Below are positions 26,057-39,051 of a stretch of DNA of 64,000 bases, in pieces; positions within the stretch are counted from its first letter, which is position 1, and every line of letters begins with the position of its first letter. Source of the stretch: Selaginella moellendorffii (taxonomy: Eukaryota; Plantae; Lycopodiophyta); assembly GCF_000143415.4 (NCBI RefSeq), contig NW_003314328.1, positions 249,241 through 313,240 on the forward strand. The letters run 5' to 3'. The translations under genes were made by a program, and so were the position numbers. The notes beneath the pieces are model-generated. The model did not search any database and was not told where the DNA came from. It saw only the letters and a list, made by a program, of their open reading frames with translations.

Positions 26057-26583
26057 CACAAGGAATTCATAGCCAGGGGGTCTTGAAACTGCATGGGATG
26101 GGGGTGGTGGAACAGAGGAGCTCCCGATGATACCAACGGTAGTGTCCTCCGTGTAAAGCTCTCGAGATGAGCAAGATGCGGGGGAAGCGAGCTGGTTGAC
26201 GAGGACGAGGAGAGCTGCTGTTGCTGCTCCTGCTTTACCATCATCATCACCTGCTGCTGCCATGGTGGAGGAGGCGGAATTACGTTCACATCTGCTGCCC
26301 CTGCGGCTGCCGCGGAACCGCTGAAAGGCTCTTCAAACAGCCACCGTATGATAGACGGATCAGGTGCTGGAGCTGCTGGTGGTACTCCAGGTGAAGGGCA
26401 ACTCCCAAGCAACTCGCTCTCAAGCTCTTCCAGCTTTTGCTTCTCGGGGAGCAAGTGTTGCTGCTGGTGGAGATGGTGGACAAGCAACTCGTCCTGCTGG
26501 GCTCCGACCACGTCTTGGAGCAGCCACTGATCGCTCCTGCCTTGGTGCTGCTGATGGAGAAGTTCCTGCGGAGGCTGCTGTTG

Positions 26584-26621
<38 letters not shown>

Positions 26622-27438
26622 ATCCACCGTAATTCTCCATCTGGCGAATTCCTTGGCCAGAGTAGAAGAGCGACAGTCCATAACCACTCGACGCTGCTGC
26701 CACGGCCTGCTCCAATTCATCCTGTAGATCCGCCGAGGACGACGACTGCGCAAACGAGGAAGATATCTGCTGCTGCTGCCGCTGCTGCTGCTGCTCCTGG
26801 TGATGATTCCCTCTGGACTTCACCTTGGCAGCATCGGTGGTGCTATTGTTGCAATCCGACGAGGAAGAGGAGGAGGCTCCTGCCTTCTTGGTATTGTTCC
26901 GGATGGCCGAGGAGGAAGAGGCCGAGCCGAGCGCGCGAGAATTGTTGGGGCTTGGGCTGCGAAGATCCAGAACGGAAGTTGGCTCTCCGGCGAATCCACC
27001 ACCGGCGGTAGTGCTGCTAATCACTCCTGTTGAATCTATCGCTAACAACTGTTGGTTGTGGTTGTAGTGCTGGTGGTGGTGGTGGAAGTGTTCCCGCTCT
27101 GGCAGCTGCTGTCCAGTCCTCGCAGCAGCACCAGCAGCAGTGGCAGTGGCAGTGGCGACTTCCCAGCTGCTGTTGCTGTTGCTGCCGGTGATATTGTTGC
27201 TGCTCAGCGCAGCTTTCAAGGACTTGTTGCTGCTCAAGAACACCGCAGCGTGGCTGTGGCTATGGCTGCTACCGCTGCTGCTGCTACTGGTGGTGGTGGT
27301 GGTGGCGGTGGAGCTCAGGAGCCCATTGAGGCAGATTTGCTCCTCCTGCTGGCACCTCTCGTAGAGCTCCTGCTGCTGCTGCTGGTGAAAGACGGGAAAC
27401 GACGTTCCATGGTGTTGGCCAGAGAGCATTCCATACAT
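24409..27438 (-). CDS. HAM: GRAS transcription factor, HAM/SCL6 subfamily, intronless, ~1009 aa
   Basis: EPTSVLD motif, polyQ/S N-terminus, AQSILARLN, VHILD, PKIVLLVEQE and a terminal SAW motif; miR171 site present. First ATG is at 27438 (the ORF track starts at a TTG). Confidence 0.93.
25508..25528 (-). promoter_or_regulatory. miR171 target site
   Basis: mRNA GATATTGGCGCGGCTCAATGA is complementary to miR171 UGAUUGAGCCGCGCCAAUAUC with one mismatch. Confidence 0.9.
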
Positions 27439-28124
27439 CTCAAGCGGCAGCAGCGCCGGCTCCTCCAGTTCCAGCTCCTCTTCCAAGGTCGGACTCTGGC
27501 CTCCTCCCTCTCCTCCTTTTGGACCGTCTCCCTCGCGCGACCATTAATTTTGATCTCTGCAGGAGCAGCGAAGGATCAATCCAGATAGATCACGAGAAGA
27601 AACAAACACAAAAGTGGAGAAGCGAAGTTCTAGAGGTAAGCACTGTGAGAGATTGCCTAGCTGCTGGATTGGATTGGATTGGGGAGAGAGAGAGAGAGGG
27701 AAAGCTTTTCTAGCTCGCTTTTCTCGCTTGCTTGTTTGCTCACCTCCTTTTTGTTCTTCGTGCGCTTGTTTTTGTTGTGGGGTGGCCTGCTATACTGCTG
27801 CTCTGCTGCTGCTAGAGCTGCTACTGATGTGGTGTTTGTTCTAGCAAATCATCTGCAGATCCCCGCCCTGTCCGACCGACAACACTCTACGAGGCCGCCT
27901 CGCAATCGGACAAGCACCACTCGGCCTCGCCTCTTTGTTTGTTTGTGCGCCACAATGAATGCTCGCGGCCTTGAGCAAGACGAACAAAAGCCTCGAGAAG
28001 GAGAAGAGAAGATGAAGAAGAATGCGTGCTTTATCTTATATACAAGGGGCGCGCGCGCGCGCGCCGGGCGATCGCCCACTCAACCAGCAAAGCGGACAAG
28101 CGAGCTGGAGGAGGAAGAAAAAAT

Positions 28125-28156
<32 letters not shown>

Positions 28157-31100
28157 CCTAGTAAACAGGGGAGGAAGGAGGACGAAGCCCAGGAACCCTA
28201 ACAATCATCTTGGTGGGCATTGTACTTTTGACGTCTTTGACAACGAGGTCAGTGAAAGCTCTCCCTTCCAAAACTGAAGGCTCGTGCTTTCTCACTTACT
28301 ATAGCTCCTTCTGAGCAGAGGGTGGCGGCAGGAGAAACTAATTGGCACTGGTTAACTCTGAAGTTCAATTTAAACTTTTTGAATTTTATTACCTTTTGTG
28401 GTAAATTAGAGGGAAAAGTGAACTGCTGCCCTAAACACTCTTCCTGCTACATACTAAAAGTGGGCTGGGCCATACCTAATGCAAATAAAAGATATGTATG
28501 TGCTCATGTCTTGGCTTTAGAATTATTAGGTTACAAAAGTTGTATAGAGGGCAGGTGACCTACCTTTGGCTTCTTCATATTGCTCCATGGTGTTTAAAGA
28601 ATTATTTTAATTTATTTTTTCAAAGTTTTCCTCTCTTGTTTTGCTTTGATTTTCTTTTCTGGGGTGTTTTTTTCTTTGTTGTTTGTTGGGGCCCCCTGCT
28701 CCCTTGCAAGCAGTAATAGTACCCCTCAGCAAGCTCCAATAATTCATAAAGGAGAAAAGGAAAACCCTCAAAATGCCCTGGACTGGATCTTACCTTACAC
28801 AGCAATTGGATTGGATTGGATGCCTCTCCCCTTGTTGATTGTGTGTAATGCCCAAACAATGCAACTAGTGTCCTAGTGGTGTCCTGTCAAGATGGTCGAG
28901 TCTTCGTACATATGTTATATGAAGTGAAAGATCACCATATTATATACGCCAAAGCTCCCACAAACAAGCCCTGCGTTGGCGTCTGGATATATATTATAAT
29001 TGTATACTTCCATTCGATGGCCGCAACTTCACACACACACGAAACGAGAAAACCAGAGATTCGCTCCTTTGTTCTTGCTAAACGGGAACCCTTTGCCCAA
29101 TTCATCGTCTTGTTGTTCTTTCTTGTCATAGATTTCAACTGTACACGGTAGAAAAAGCTCCAGTTTGGACACCCATGACCTCATCATCTATAAACCCAGA
29201 AAGTATTTCAGATTTGTAGCTCCACAGCAAGCCATGGCAAACAAAACTTTAGCAGCCGTCATCCTTTGGGCGCTTTGGACTTTCTTTCGTTGTCACCCAA
29301 CCTGAAAGATCTGACTGACGCCTTAGAAATCGCCATCCCGGGTCCATTTCCTTTGTCCATCCCGTCCGATTTTTCCCTGTATACCGGTGTACACACATGG
29401 ATGGCGAGCTCATGGAAAAGGTGGTGGATTTGATCGGTTAACTGTTGATCTCCCACTCAAGAAATGTGTGTGTGTGAGAGTCTGTGTTTTCCGGCCTGTC
29501 ATCTCACATAGCTAACATAGTGTCACAATCGCTGATGCAACTCGCTGTTCTCCCCCACAAGCATGACATGAACATGAAATGAAGCACACTTTTTTGCTGC
29601 TGCTGAGAGCACTGCTGCTGCCGCTGTGCCCCACACAAGCAGCAAGCCCATATCAGTGTGTCGCTTTCTCACAAATGCCGGAGATGGGGGAGGAAAGATT
29701 TGAGATTTCTATCCGGAATCATGAGAACTACTGCCCTTTTGCGACCAAATCGTGTAGGGTTAGCTGGTTTTCTTGTCTATCATGGAGCAAACCACGCTAG
29801 CTTACGAGCTCTAAGAGGCGGTGATCAAACAAAGACGCTCTCTATCTATTCAACGAATTACACATGCCCCCAATGGTTTGGAGGCGCACGGAAGCGCACA
29901 GGTGATGGATCCACTGGCCGTACGAATCGACGCCATCTTCGCCACCACATGAAAATGGAGGGAACTTTCTTCTTCTTTTTCCCTCCTTTCAAATTTTCGA
30001 AAAGCTGTGATTATTCGCGGGCATATACCGGTCAGCGTTGGTGGCCCGTGCTCCCTGGACGTAGAAAAAAAAAAGCGAAGGAAAACATTAAAAATCAAAA
30101 TGGTGGCAGGGCAGCCCTCGTGCGTGGCTGCCAGTGGTCAGTGCAACAAAATAATAATTTCCAGTTCTTTTTTATAATAAAAAAGAAAGCCACGACTTTA
30201 GAGCGAAAATGTGGATAGGAAGAAGCACAATTCTAAAAAGAAGGCCCTGCGAGCTTTTACACCAGTGCTTTATTAGAGACAAGTTCTCTGCGTGGGCGTG
30301 GTGTGTGCCGGCCACTCACGAGTCTGTCCTGCCTGAGTACTACTGGTGCTCTGCTGATTTTAGGGTTCCTCCTTAGAATCCTTCGAATTCCACTTCCAAT
30401 TCCGGACTCCATGTGGATGGCTGGCCGGACTGGGCTGGCTCTCCACGACATTGGTATAGTATCTCTTTTGCAGTACAAGGCTCCACACCACGTAACAAAG
30501 GCGAGCGCACTCACGAAAAAAAAAGGGGCAGAAGAAAAAAGAAGAGAAGATGAGGGGTTGGGAGATTGGTGGATTGACAGCTCCCTGCCTTTTTTTTGTT
30601 TCGATCTTTTCTAGGGCTTTGATCATGGCATGCGCGCTCTGTTTCTAGGGTTCTTGTGCCTGTCTCAACTTTCTTTGGTCTTTGGAGTCGCGGTCGCGGT
30701 CGTTGTGGTATTTGGAACTTCTCGCGAGTTGTGGCGTTCTTCCTTTTGCTTTTCAAACTTTGGAGCGAAAATGCTACATACAGGGTGATGTTTTCTTCCA
30801 TGTTTTTTGATAAAGAAAACAATTATTCTAGAAGTTAGTAGACCTTGAATGCATAGCTACACTGTACCCTACAGAAAAACCAGCAACAACCTTGTGTGTA
30901 CGGGCGGTGGACTTTGAAAAGAAAGAAAAGAAAAATTCAACAGGGAGGAAAGCTTTTCTTTATTAAAAGTTTTACCAACTATCATGACCGGTTTTTGGGT
31001 TGATCAACAACTTTAAAAAGATAAAAGTCTTTTGATGATCCATCTCCGGAGTGAAGTGTGACCGACAGTGAATGAATAGATTGAGAAGCTTCTGGGTCGA

Positions 31101-31843
31101 TACATGCCCTAAAAGCATCGATTCAAAAAAATCGATAACGCATGAGATGGAAACTGATCAAGCACGACAAGCACTGCAATCCAAACAAAACCAGCAAGCA
31201 AACAAGCGAGCAATCAATGAAACAAATCAACAAAACGAAGACAGTAGCAATATACAAGTTTACAGAGCAATCCAAAAATCAGGGGTCAATCCTAAACCTC
31301 TTGAGAAGCACTGCTACCTTTTTTTGCTCAATGTGGTTCTATAAATCATGACATACAACAAGCTTTGTGTTCCTTTTGTACATTTTTGCTTCAACAAACG
31401 CAGCCTGTGTAGCTATATAGTACTTCCATACTACTTCATGTCATAGCGATGTTTGTGCTCAACGGTTTCTCAGCTTTTCCAGAAACTATCAAATCCGCTG
31501 TGGAGAAAAAGGAGGATAAAAATATACAAAACTCTCTCGAGCTGATTCCCTTACGTCAAGGTAGGATCCCCAGGATGATGTCACGAAACAAATAGAAGTA
31601 GTAGTAGTAGCGATGCTGCTCTCTTCGCCGGCTCGCCACTCATAAAGAAGGAAATAAATCGATCCAATCTCTTGTGGGACATGAAAGCCAGATTTTGTTT
31701 ACAAAAGAAAAGGTGGCAAGCACACGTTGGGATGTGGCCAAAGACAAGCGTTATTTTATCCCCGGGTTTGGTTTTTTTGACTTCCACAAACAAGGCAAAT
31801 GAATGATGAAAGAATTCTCAGTTGTGCGATCGTGGTCGTCACT

Positions 31844-33417
31844 TTAGACCGCCCGGTTGTCGAATCCCACCCATTGCTTCTTCTCGGCATCGAAGAGATT
31901 GCACTGCGTTAGGATGGTGGTCATGAGCGGAAACCCAAACACGGCCTTATTGAGGTGGCGGTCCCAGTTTTGGAGCAGCGATGCGTGCCCGGCTCGCAAG
32001 TTATAACTTGGAATCTTGGTGGAAAGGTGGTGAGGAATGTGGACACTGATGTCGTGACACAGGAAATCAATCCTGTGAAAACCCAAAGTGAGCCCAAAGT
32101 TCGGAGGAAATCCCGAGTTATACATACCATGCAGGGTATTCGCAGTGAACAGTTCCAGCAAGTTGGGCTCCCACGGCGTTCCACTCGCGGTTCTGCTTGA
32201 ATGGGATGTGTGGAGCCGTGTGGTGGACGAGGGTGAAAGTGCTCATCCAGAAGTGGAAGCCCAGCCATGGGAGCAGCCACCACTTGACGAAACCAACGGG
32301 CCCTTGGGTCACCAACAGGGGCAGCAAAACCAAAAGCCCGAAAGCGTAGCAAGCCGCAATGCTCGTCTGAAGAAAACAGGCATTGTCCGTCAACTTTTCT
32401 CAAAAGATGGATAGATGTCTAACCTTGACTTTGGCGTGCTCCTGGGGGCGGAACTTGTTGAGATCGAAATGCCAGAAGAGCCAGTGTCCGATGGAGGCCA
32501 TCCACCAGAGAGGACCCATTGTTGCACGCATCATCGCCTGGCCAATCCTGTCCGCATTGTCAAACTGGTGTGGCCGGAATGGCTGCCATGCCGTGTCCAT
32601 AATCAGCCTGCACATTCGCAGGGAGAAGAATCACGTTAGCATTGAATGCGGGAGAACAAACACAGAAAAAGATCCCCAGAGGATCCTGGAAGAAACGCGA
32701 GAAGCTTACTTGTTGGTGTGTGCATGGTGAGTGTTGTGCTTGATTCTCCACGGCTCGAACGGGAAGACGAGTGGAGTCATGACCGCATTGCCGACGATAT
32801 CATTCACGAGCTGGGATTTGGAGAAGGAGTTATGGCCGCAGTCGTGACCGATGACAAAGAGCCCAGTGGCGGCGGTCCCCAAGAACGCGTAGATGAAAGG
32901 GTAGAGATACCACGGAGCTACGGTCAGGGCTGCGTATCCCGTGGCCAGAGCCGAGATCGTGATCGCCACAGTCTTCCATGCCTTGAAATCATCCACTTCG
33001 AACACCTGATCACAATTGCAAATAAGTTTCTCTTTGATGATCTTTGTTTACCTCCTTTGGGAGCGTCTTGACAACATCGTTCAACACCATGCCGGCAGGA
33101 ACCTTCGGAAGATCAAACAAGAAGTGTCATTAGAAACTTTTCTAGCAATCACTTACTGGCTCGCCCATCTGTGTGAATCCCGGAGTCAAGACGATCTCCC
33201 TCTCGGCTGCTTGATCGCTGGCGATTACTCCAGCCGTGATCACATTGAGGCAAAGCCGGAGTCTCGCCTGAAGGACACACACAATGGATTGGAAATACTA
33301 AGGTCAATCTACCTGGCGACGAGGAAATGGAACCAAGACTCTCGCCGGAATCGCACTGCGTGGCCTGTCGACGCGGATGGAAGCCAGAGCGATGCTGCTG
33401 CTACTTGCAGCCGCCAT
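31844..33417 (-). CDS. FAD6: Plastid omega-6 fatty acid desaturase, copy 1
   Basis: His boxes HDCGH, HNTHH and HIPHH; transit peptide MAAASSSSIAL; short introns. Confidence 0.93.
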
Positions 33418-33807
33418 AGCGGAAAGAAACCCAATGAGCTCGAGCTGCTGAGTTCCAATGCCTAGACACCGCTCTTATATAAAGAGCCCCCTCACGCTTC
33501 TGACCCAACAATCTTGCATGCATGGATTATGGTTCGATAGTTTATCTTGATCAGGGGAGAAGAAAAAAACAAGTGTTGCAAGGTTCGAGCACTCACTGAC
33601 AGTTGAGTTCTTCAGAGAAATGTGCTAGTGTCAGGGAGAATTAACACTGTGGATTCATTCCTTAGATTACAACACTTTCTTTTCCTTCCCTGATCAAGAT
33701 AAACTATCGAGCATGCAAGATTCAGAAGCGCGAGGGGCTCCCTATATAGAGAGCGGTGTCTATACATTGGAAATCAGCAGCTCGAGCTCATTGGGTTTCT
33801 TTCCGCT

Positions 33808-35413
33808 ATGGCGGCTGCAAGTAGCAGCAGCATCGCTCTGGCTTCCATCCGTATCAGTGCTATTCCGGCAAGAGGCTTGGTTCCATTTCCTCGTCGCAAG
33901 GTACCTTAGTATAGCTCTTCCAATCCAAAGTTTCCCAACTTCTTCAGGCGACACTCCGGCTTTGCCTCGATGTGATCACGGCTGGAGCAATCGCCCGCGA
34001 TCAAGCAGCCGAGAGGAAGGTCGTCATGACTCCGGGATTCACACAGATGGGCGAGCCAGTAAGTGATTTCAATTGATCATCCAAATTATCAGTTCTAGAA
34101 AAGTTTCTAATGATACTTCTTGCTTGATCTTCCGAAGGTTCCTGCCGGCATGGTGTTGAACGACGTTGTCAAGACGCTCCCAAAGGAGGTAAACAAAGAT
34201 CATCAAAAACCTTGGAGCTAAAGGTGTGATCAGGTGTTTGAAGTGGATGATTTCAAGGCATGGAAAACTGTGGCCATCACGGTGTCGGCCCTGGTTACTG
34301 GATACGCAGCCCTGGCCGTAGCTCCATGGTATCTCTACCCTTTTATCTACGCGTTCCTGGGCACCGCCGCCACTGGGCTCTTTGTCATCGGTCACGACTG
34401 CGGCCATAACTCCTTCTCCAAATCCCAGCTCGTGAATGATATCGTCGGCAATGCGGTCATGACTCCACTCGTCTTCCCGTTCGAGCCGTGGAGAATCAAG
34501 CACAACACTCACCATGCACACACCAACAAGTAAGCTTCTCGCGTTTCTTCCAGGATCCTCTGGGGATCTTTCAAACCTTTGGATCGTTTTCTGTGTTTTT
34601 TTCTCCCGCATTCAATGCTAACGTGATTCTTCTCCCTGCGATTGTGCAGGCTGATTATGGACACGGCATGGCAGCCATTCCGGCCACACCAGTTTGACAA
34701 TGCGGACAGGATTGGCCAGGCGATGATGCGTGCAACAATGGGTCCTCTCTGGTGGATGGCCTCCATCGGACACTGGCTCTTCTGGCATTTCGATCTCAAC
34801 AAGTTCCGCCCCCAGGAGCATGCCAAAGTCAAGGTAATATTATCTATCTATCATCTTTTTTAGAAAGTTGACGGCTTGCCTTCTTCAGACGAGCATTGCG
34901 GCTTGCTACGCTTTTGGGTTTTTGGTTTTGCTGCCCCTGTTGGTGACCCAAGGGCCCGTTGGTTTCGTCAAATGGTGGCTGCTCCCATGGCTGGGCTTCC
35001 ACTTCTGGATGAGCACCTTCACCCTCGTCCACCACACGGCTCCACACATCCCCTTCAAGCAGAACCGCGAGTGGAACGCCGTGGGAGCTCAACTTGCTGG
35101 AACTGTTCACTGCGAATACCCCGCATGGTACGTAAACACATCCTCATTTCTCGAGAATCTCCTACAAACTTTGGGTTTTTACCACAGGATCGATTTCCTG
35201 TGCCACGACATTAGCGTCCACATTCCTCACCACCTTTCCACCAAGATCCCAAGTTACAACTTGCGAGCCGGGCACGCATCGCTGCTCCAGAACTGGGACT
35301 GCCACCTCAACAAGGCCGTGTTTGGGGTTCCGCTCATGACCACCATCCTGACGCAATGCAATCTCTTCGACGCAGAGAAGAAGCAATGGGTGGGATTCGA
35401 CAACCGGGCCTGA
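33808..35413 (+). CDS. FAD6: Plastid omega-6 fatty acid desaturase, copy 2
   Basis: Same His boxes and exon structure; near-identical to copy 1 in inverted orientation. Confidence 0.93.
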
Positions 35414-35680
35414 AAGAGGGTTCTTAAGGGAAGTCCACGATGGCACAAATAAGAATTCTTTCATCATTCATTCGCTCGTGTAGTGTTCTCATCACGAATT
35501 ATTTTATTTTTATTTTCGAGATTTTCATCTGTAAGAACATTTTGATAACAAAAAGGTTTTTATTCTTCTCATTACAACCATTTTAAACCATTTATTATAA
35601 ACGCGAAATTGTCCCGTGAGGAAAAATTGGGTCTGAAGTTCAAGAAAAGGAAGAAAAACGAAGGTGGACGAGCGGCAGGG

Positions 35681-37504
35681 CTACTTTGAACGATAGCAAG
35701 CTCTCTTAGCGGCCCGAACAATGTCTTCGATCTAAATCAACCATACACACGATTGACGAAACGAAAAAGATAGAAGAAGCGATTTTTTTTACCTGAGGAA
35801 GCGCCAAGCGTTCCAAGTTCGCAGCGTAAGGCATTGGAATGTCGGCACCGGAAATCCTCTCGATTGGAGCATCCAAGTAGTCAAAGGTTTCCTCCTGGAC
35901 GCTAGCACTGCACAAGAGTTTCACCATGTCGCTCGAGGAAAAGAAACGAGCATCGCAGACTTACCAGACTTCGGCACAAACGCCGTGCTGTGGCCACCCC
36001 TCCTCCACAGCAACGAGACGGTATGTCTTTCTCACTGATGCGTTGATGGTCTCTCTGTCAAGCGGACGTATGGAGCGAAGATTGATCACTTCCGCCTTGA
36101 TGCCGTCCTTGGCCAACTCGTCAGCAGCCTAGTAGAAGATCGTATGATTTTAGGCACGGAAAGACGAAATCAAGGAAATGTCTTACTTTTAGCGCAAAAC
36201 CAACCATCTTCGAGAAAGCAGTGATCGTTACATCAGTTCCTTCTCGTTCCACCTACAGCAGACTCAAAAACATTACTCACTAGAGAAACAGGAAAAAGCT
36301 CTACCTTGGCCTTTCCTATCGGTAGAGTGAAGTTTGGATCCCGAACTTGTGAGGACACTGGGAAGTTCTCCCCGTACCTACAAAAATAAAACTATATGAG
36401 ACAAGTCCGAGTTGCATTGTTCCACTTACAGCAACTCGTTTTCCAAAAACACAACAGGATCGGGATCCCTGATTGCTGCTTTCAAAAGGCCTCGTGCATC
36501 TTCCGCCGAGTATGGAGTCACGACTTTTAGCCCCGGACAGGACCCGTACCATGCTGCAAAGCACTGAAAGATGAAAATAAAAATGGAGCCAACTCTCGCA
36601 GAACAGAGCGCTCACCTGTGAGTGTTGAGCACCAACACCGGCAGCTGCACCATTGGGACCCCGGAATACAATGGGAACAGCTATTTGCCCTCCGGACATA
36701 TAGTATGTCTTTGCTGCAGAGTTGATGATGTGATCAATAGCCTAAAATCAACACGAACAAGACTTAGAAAAAAACGTAAACGTGATAAGCATCTACCTGC
36801 ATAGCAAAGTTGAACGTCATGAACTCCACGATAGGCTTGAGGCCTTGAAACGCCGCTCCAACACCGATGCCAGTAAAACCAGCCTGAGAAGTCCAGTCCA
36901 TTCATTACGACCTTCGCAACTTGATAAAATCAAAGCACTCACTTCTGTGATAGGCGTGTCGAGCACCCGGTCAGGTCCGTATTTTTGCAACAATCCTTTT
37001 GTGACCTTTAGTCCAGACATTTGTTACCACGTAAGTCTACACAGAGAAGACAAAGAAAGAGCTCACCTTGTAAGCGCCTTGATACTCTCCAACCTGGACA
37101 CATTCATTCCCATCAAGGAATGGAAAGAAAAAGCATCGATAAAGGAGAAAGCATACCTCTTCTCCCATCACAAACACTTTAGGATCGGCAGCCATCTCCT
37201 CGTCAATGGCGGAGTTGAGCGCATCACGAACAGTCATCTAGTTTAATCAAAGAAGAAAGCCTCAGTATCAAAGCTTGAAAAAGAAGAAAATTAAGCTGCC
37301 CGACCTGATCTCCACTGGCAGCTGCTAGATTCCTGACGCTCATCCATTTTGTCTGCCGCACCGACCAAACGATAAGAACACCCGAGGAATCGCATAGGAA
37401 TGCGAGCTGCTGTGCCCTAGTCCTCGCATTGGAAGAGGATTTCTTACCAGGGATCTCCGGCAGGGCAAATGACGAGACGACGAGCGCACAATCCCAGGAA
37501 ACAT
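35681..37504 (-). CDS. PDHB: Pyruvate dehydrogenase E1 beta subunit, mitochondrial; multi-exon
   Basis: Presequence [19 protein letters not shown]; [42 protein letters not shown] and [15 protein letters not shown] motifs. Confidence 0.95.
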
Positions 37505-37765
37505 AGCTCCGCAATCCGCCGATCAAGCGCCGCGCCCGCGATTGGAAGAACAAGCGCTCCCCTGTGCTCTTCGCTTTACCACATTCCTAATTTCAGGGTT
37601 GACAAGGGCATTGTTAGGGATTTGCGTGTTCATCCGATGGGATATTCCATCCAGCAAAACGGAACATTCCGCTACATCTAGTGACGGAGAATATTCCGTT
37701 GGCCGAGGGAATCTTAGGGCTTTGGAAATTATTTAAAAAGGACTTTCTTCCTCCTCTGGCGAGCG

Positions 37766-39051
37766 ATGGACGAGAGCGTTGTGGTGCGCCGGATCATTCC
37801 CGCGGACAACAGTTGCCTCTTCAATGCGGTCGGGTATGGCGCTCGTAGATGAGTGACGATTCGCGATTTCTAGGGCTCTTGCACTTTGGTCCAGGTACGT
37901 GATGGAGCACAACAAGAGCAAATCCTCGGAATTGAGAGAGGTTTGCACAGATCTAGCCGCTGCTCCGCCGCATTTCGCTGACGCATTGCGATTCTTCCAG
38001 GTTATCGCCGCCACTGTGATTAGCGATCCCGAGTCTTACAATGAGGCATTCCTTGGCAAGCCAAACGGCGACTATTGCCAGTGGATACTTAATCCCGAGA
38101 AATGGGGAGGTTTGTAGAGAAAAACTCGCGATTTTTCTTCTTTGTTCTTGCTAGTTTTTTTTTCTCTTTTGTCGTTGCTTTGTTCTTGGATAGGAGCGAT
38201 TGAGCTCGTGATTGTTCTTGGTCGTTATTTTTTTCTTTGAAGTTGCTAAAAACTTTGTTCTTGGATAGGAGTGATTGAGCTCGCGATTGTTCTTACTCGT
38301 TATTTTTTTTCTTTGTGGCTAAAAATCTTTATTCCTGGATAGGAGCGATTGAGCTCGCGATTTTGTCGGCCTATTATAGACGCGAGATAGCTGCATATGA
38401 TATTCAAACTACACGCTGTGATCTCTATGGCCAGGTACTGAGAAATCGAAAAGAATGGAGCTCGTTGCAATGCTCAAAGTGATGATTTTTCTTGTTTCTG
38501 CGCAGGATAAAAGCTACCAAGAGCGTGTCATGGTTATCTATGATGGATTGCACTATGATGCTCTTGCGGTACGTATTTTTCTCGAGAAAAAAAGAGTGAG
38601 ATGAGAGGAGCTCGTTTTCAAGACACTGAGAACTACTCTCGCAGTTGGCTCCTTTTGCGGGTGCTCCTGAAGACGTCGATCAAACAGTTTTCAAGGTGGA
38701 CGAGTATGGCCACATTGGTCCAGCGGAGCGTTTGGCAGTGAAACTAGTCGAGGAATCTCACAGGTTTCTTAAGTTTCACAGTGTAGTTTCGATTGTTTCT
38801 CAACCTTGAATCTTATGACTTATAGGAACCGGAAGTTCACAGATACTGCGAGCTTCACGCTGCGTTGTGGAATTTGCCAAGAAGGCGTGGTGGGACAAAA
38901 GGTGCGAGCTCCATTTTTCTCTGCGGCTTGTTCGATCTTCTCGCACAATTTTTCACCAGGAACTTACGTGAAGGCTATGTTTCTTTTGGTGTAGGAAGCT
39001 GTGGAGCACGCGAAGCTCACCGGGCACACCAATTTCCAGGAGTTTAGATAA
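37766..39051 (+). CDS. OTU1/YOD1-type deubiquitinase (plant OTU2-like) with C-terminal zinc finger
   Basis: IPADNSCLF (catalytic Cys), WGGAIELAILS, YDGLHYD and CGIC...HAKLTGHTNFQE motifs. Confidence 0.93.

Larger units (their letters stand above)
31800..35470. repeat. Inverted duplication (~1.8-kb arms, short spacer ~33580-33665)
   Basis: Matching arms include the promoters (TAGTTTATCTTGATCAGGG vs CCCTGATCAAGATAAACTA) and 3' UTRs (GAATGATGAAAGAATTCT vs AGAATTCTTTCATCATTC). Confidence 0.9.

Noticed and set aside
25070-27588. Many overlapping antisense or alternate-frame ORFs over the GRAS gene
   Set aside because: By-products of GC-rich CAG/CTG repeats; the minus-strand GRAS frame explains the region.
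29570-30440. Partial inverted complementarity upstream of HAM as a MIRNA
   Set aside because: Pairing is short and driven by GCT/AGC repeats; no match to conserved miRNA families I recognise.
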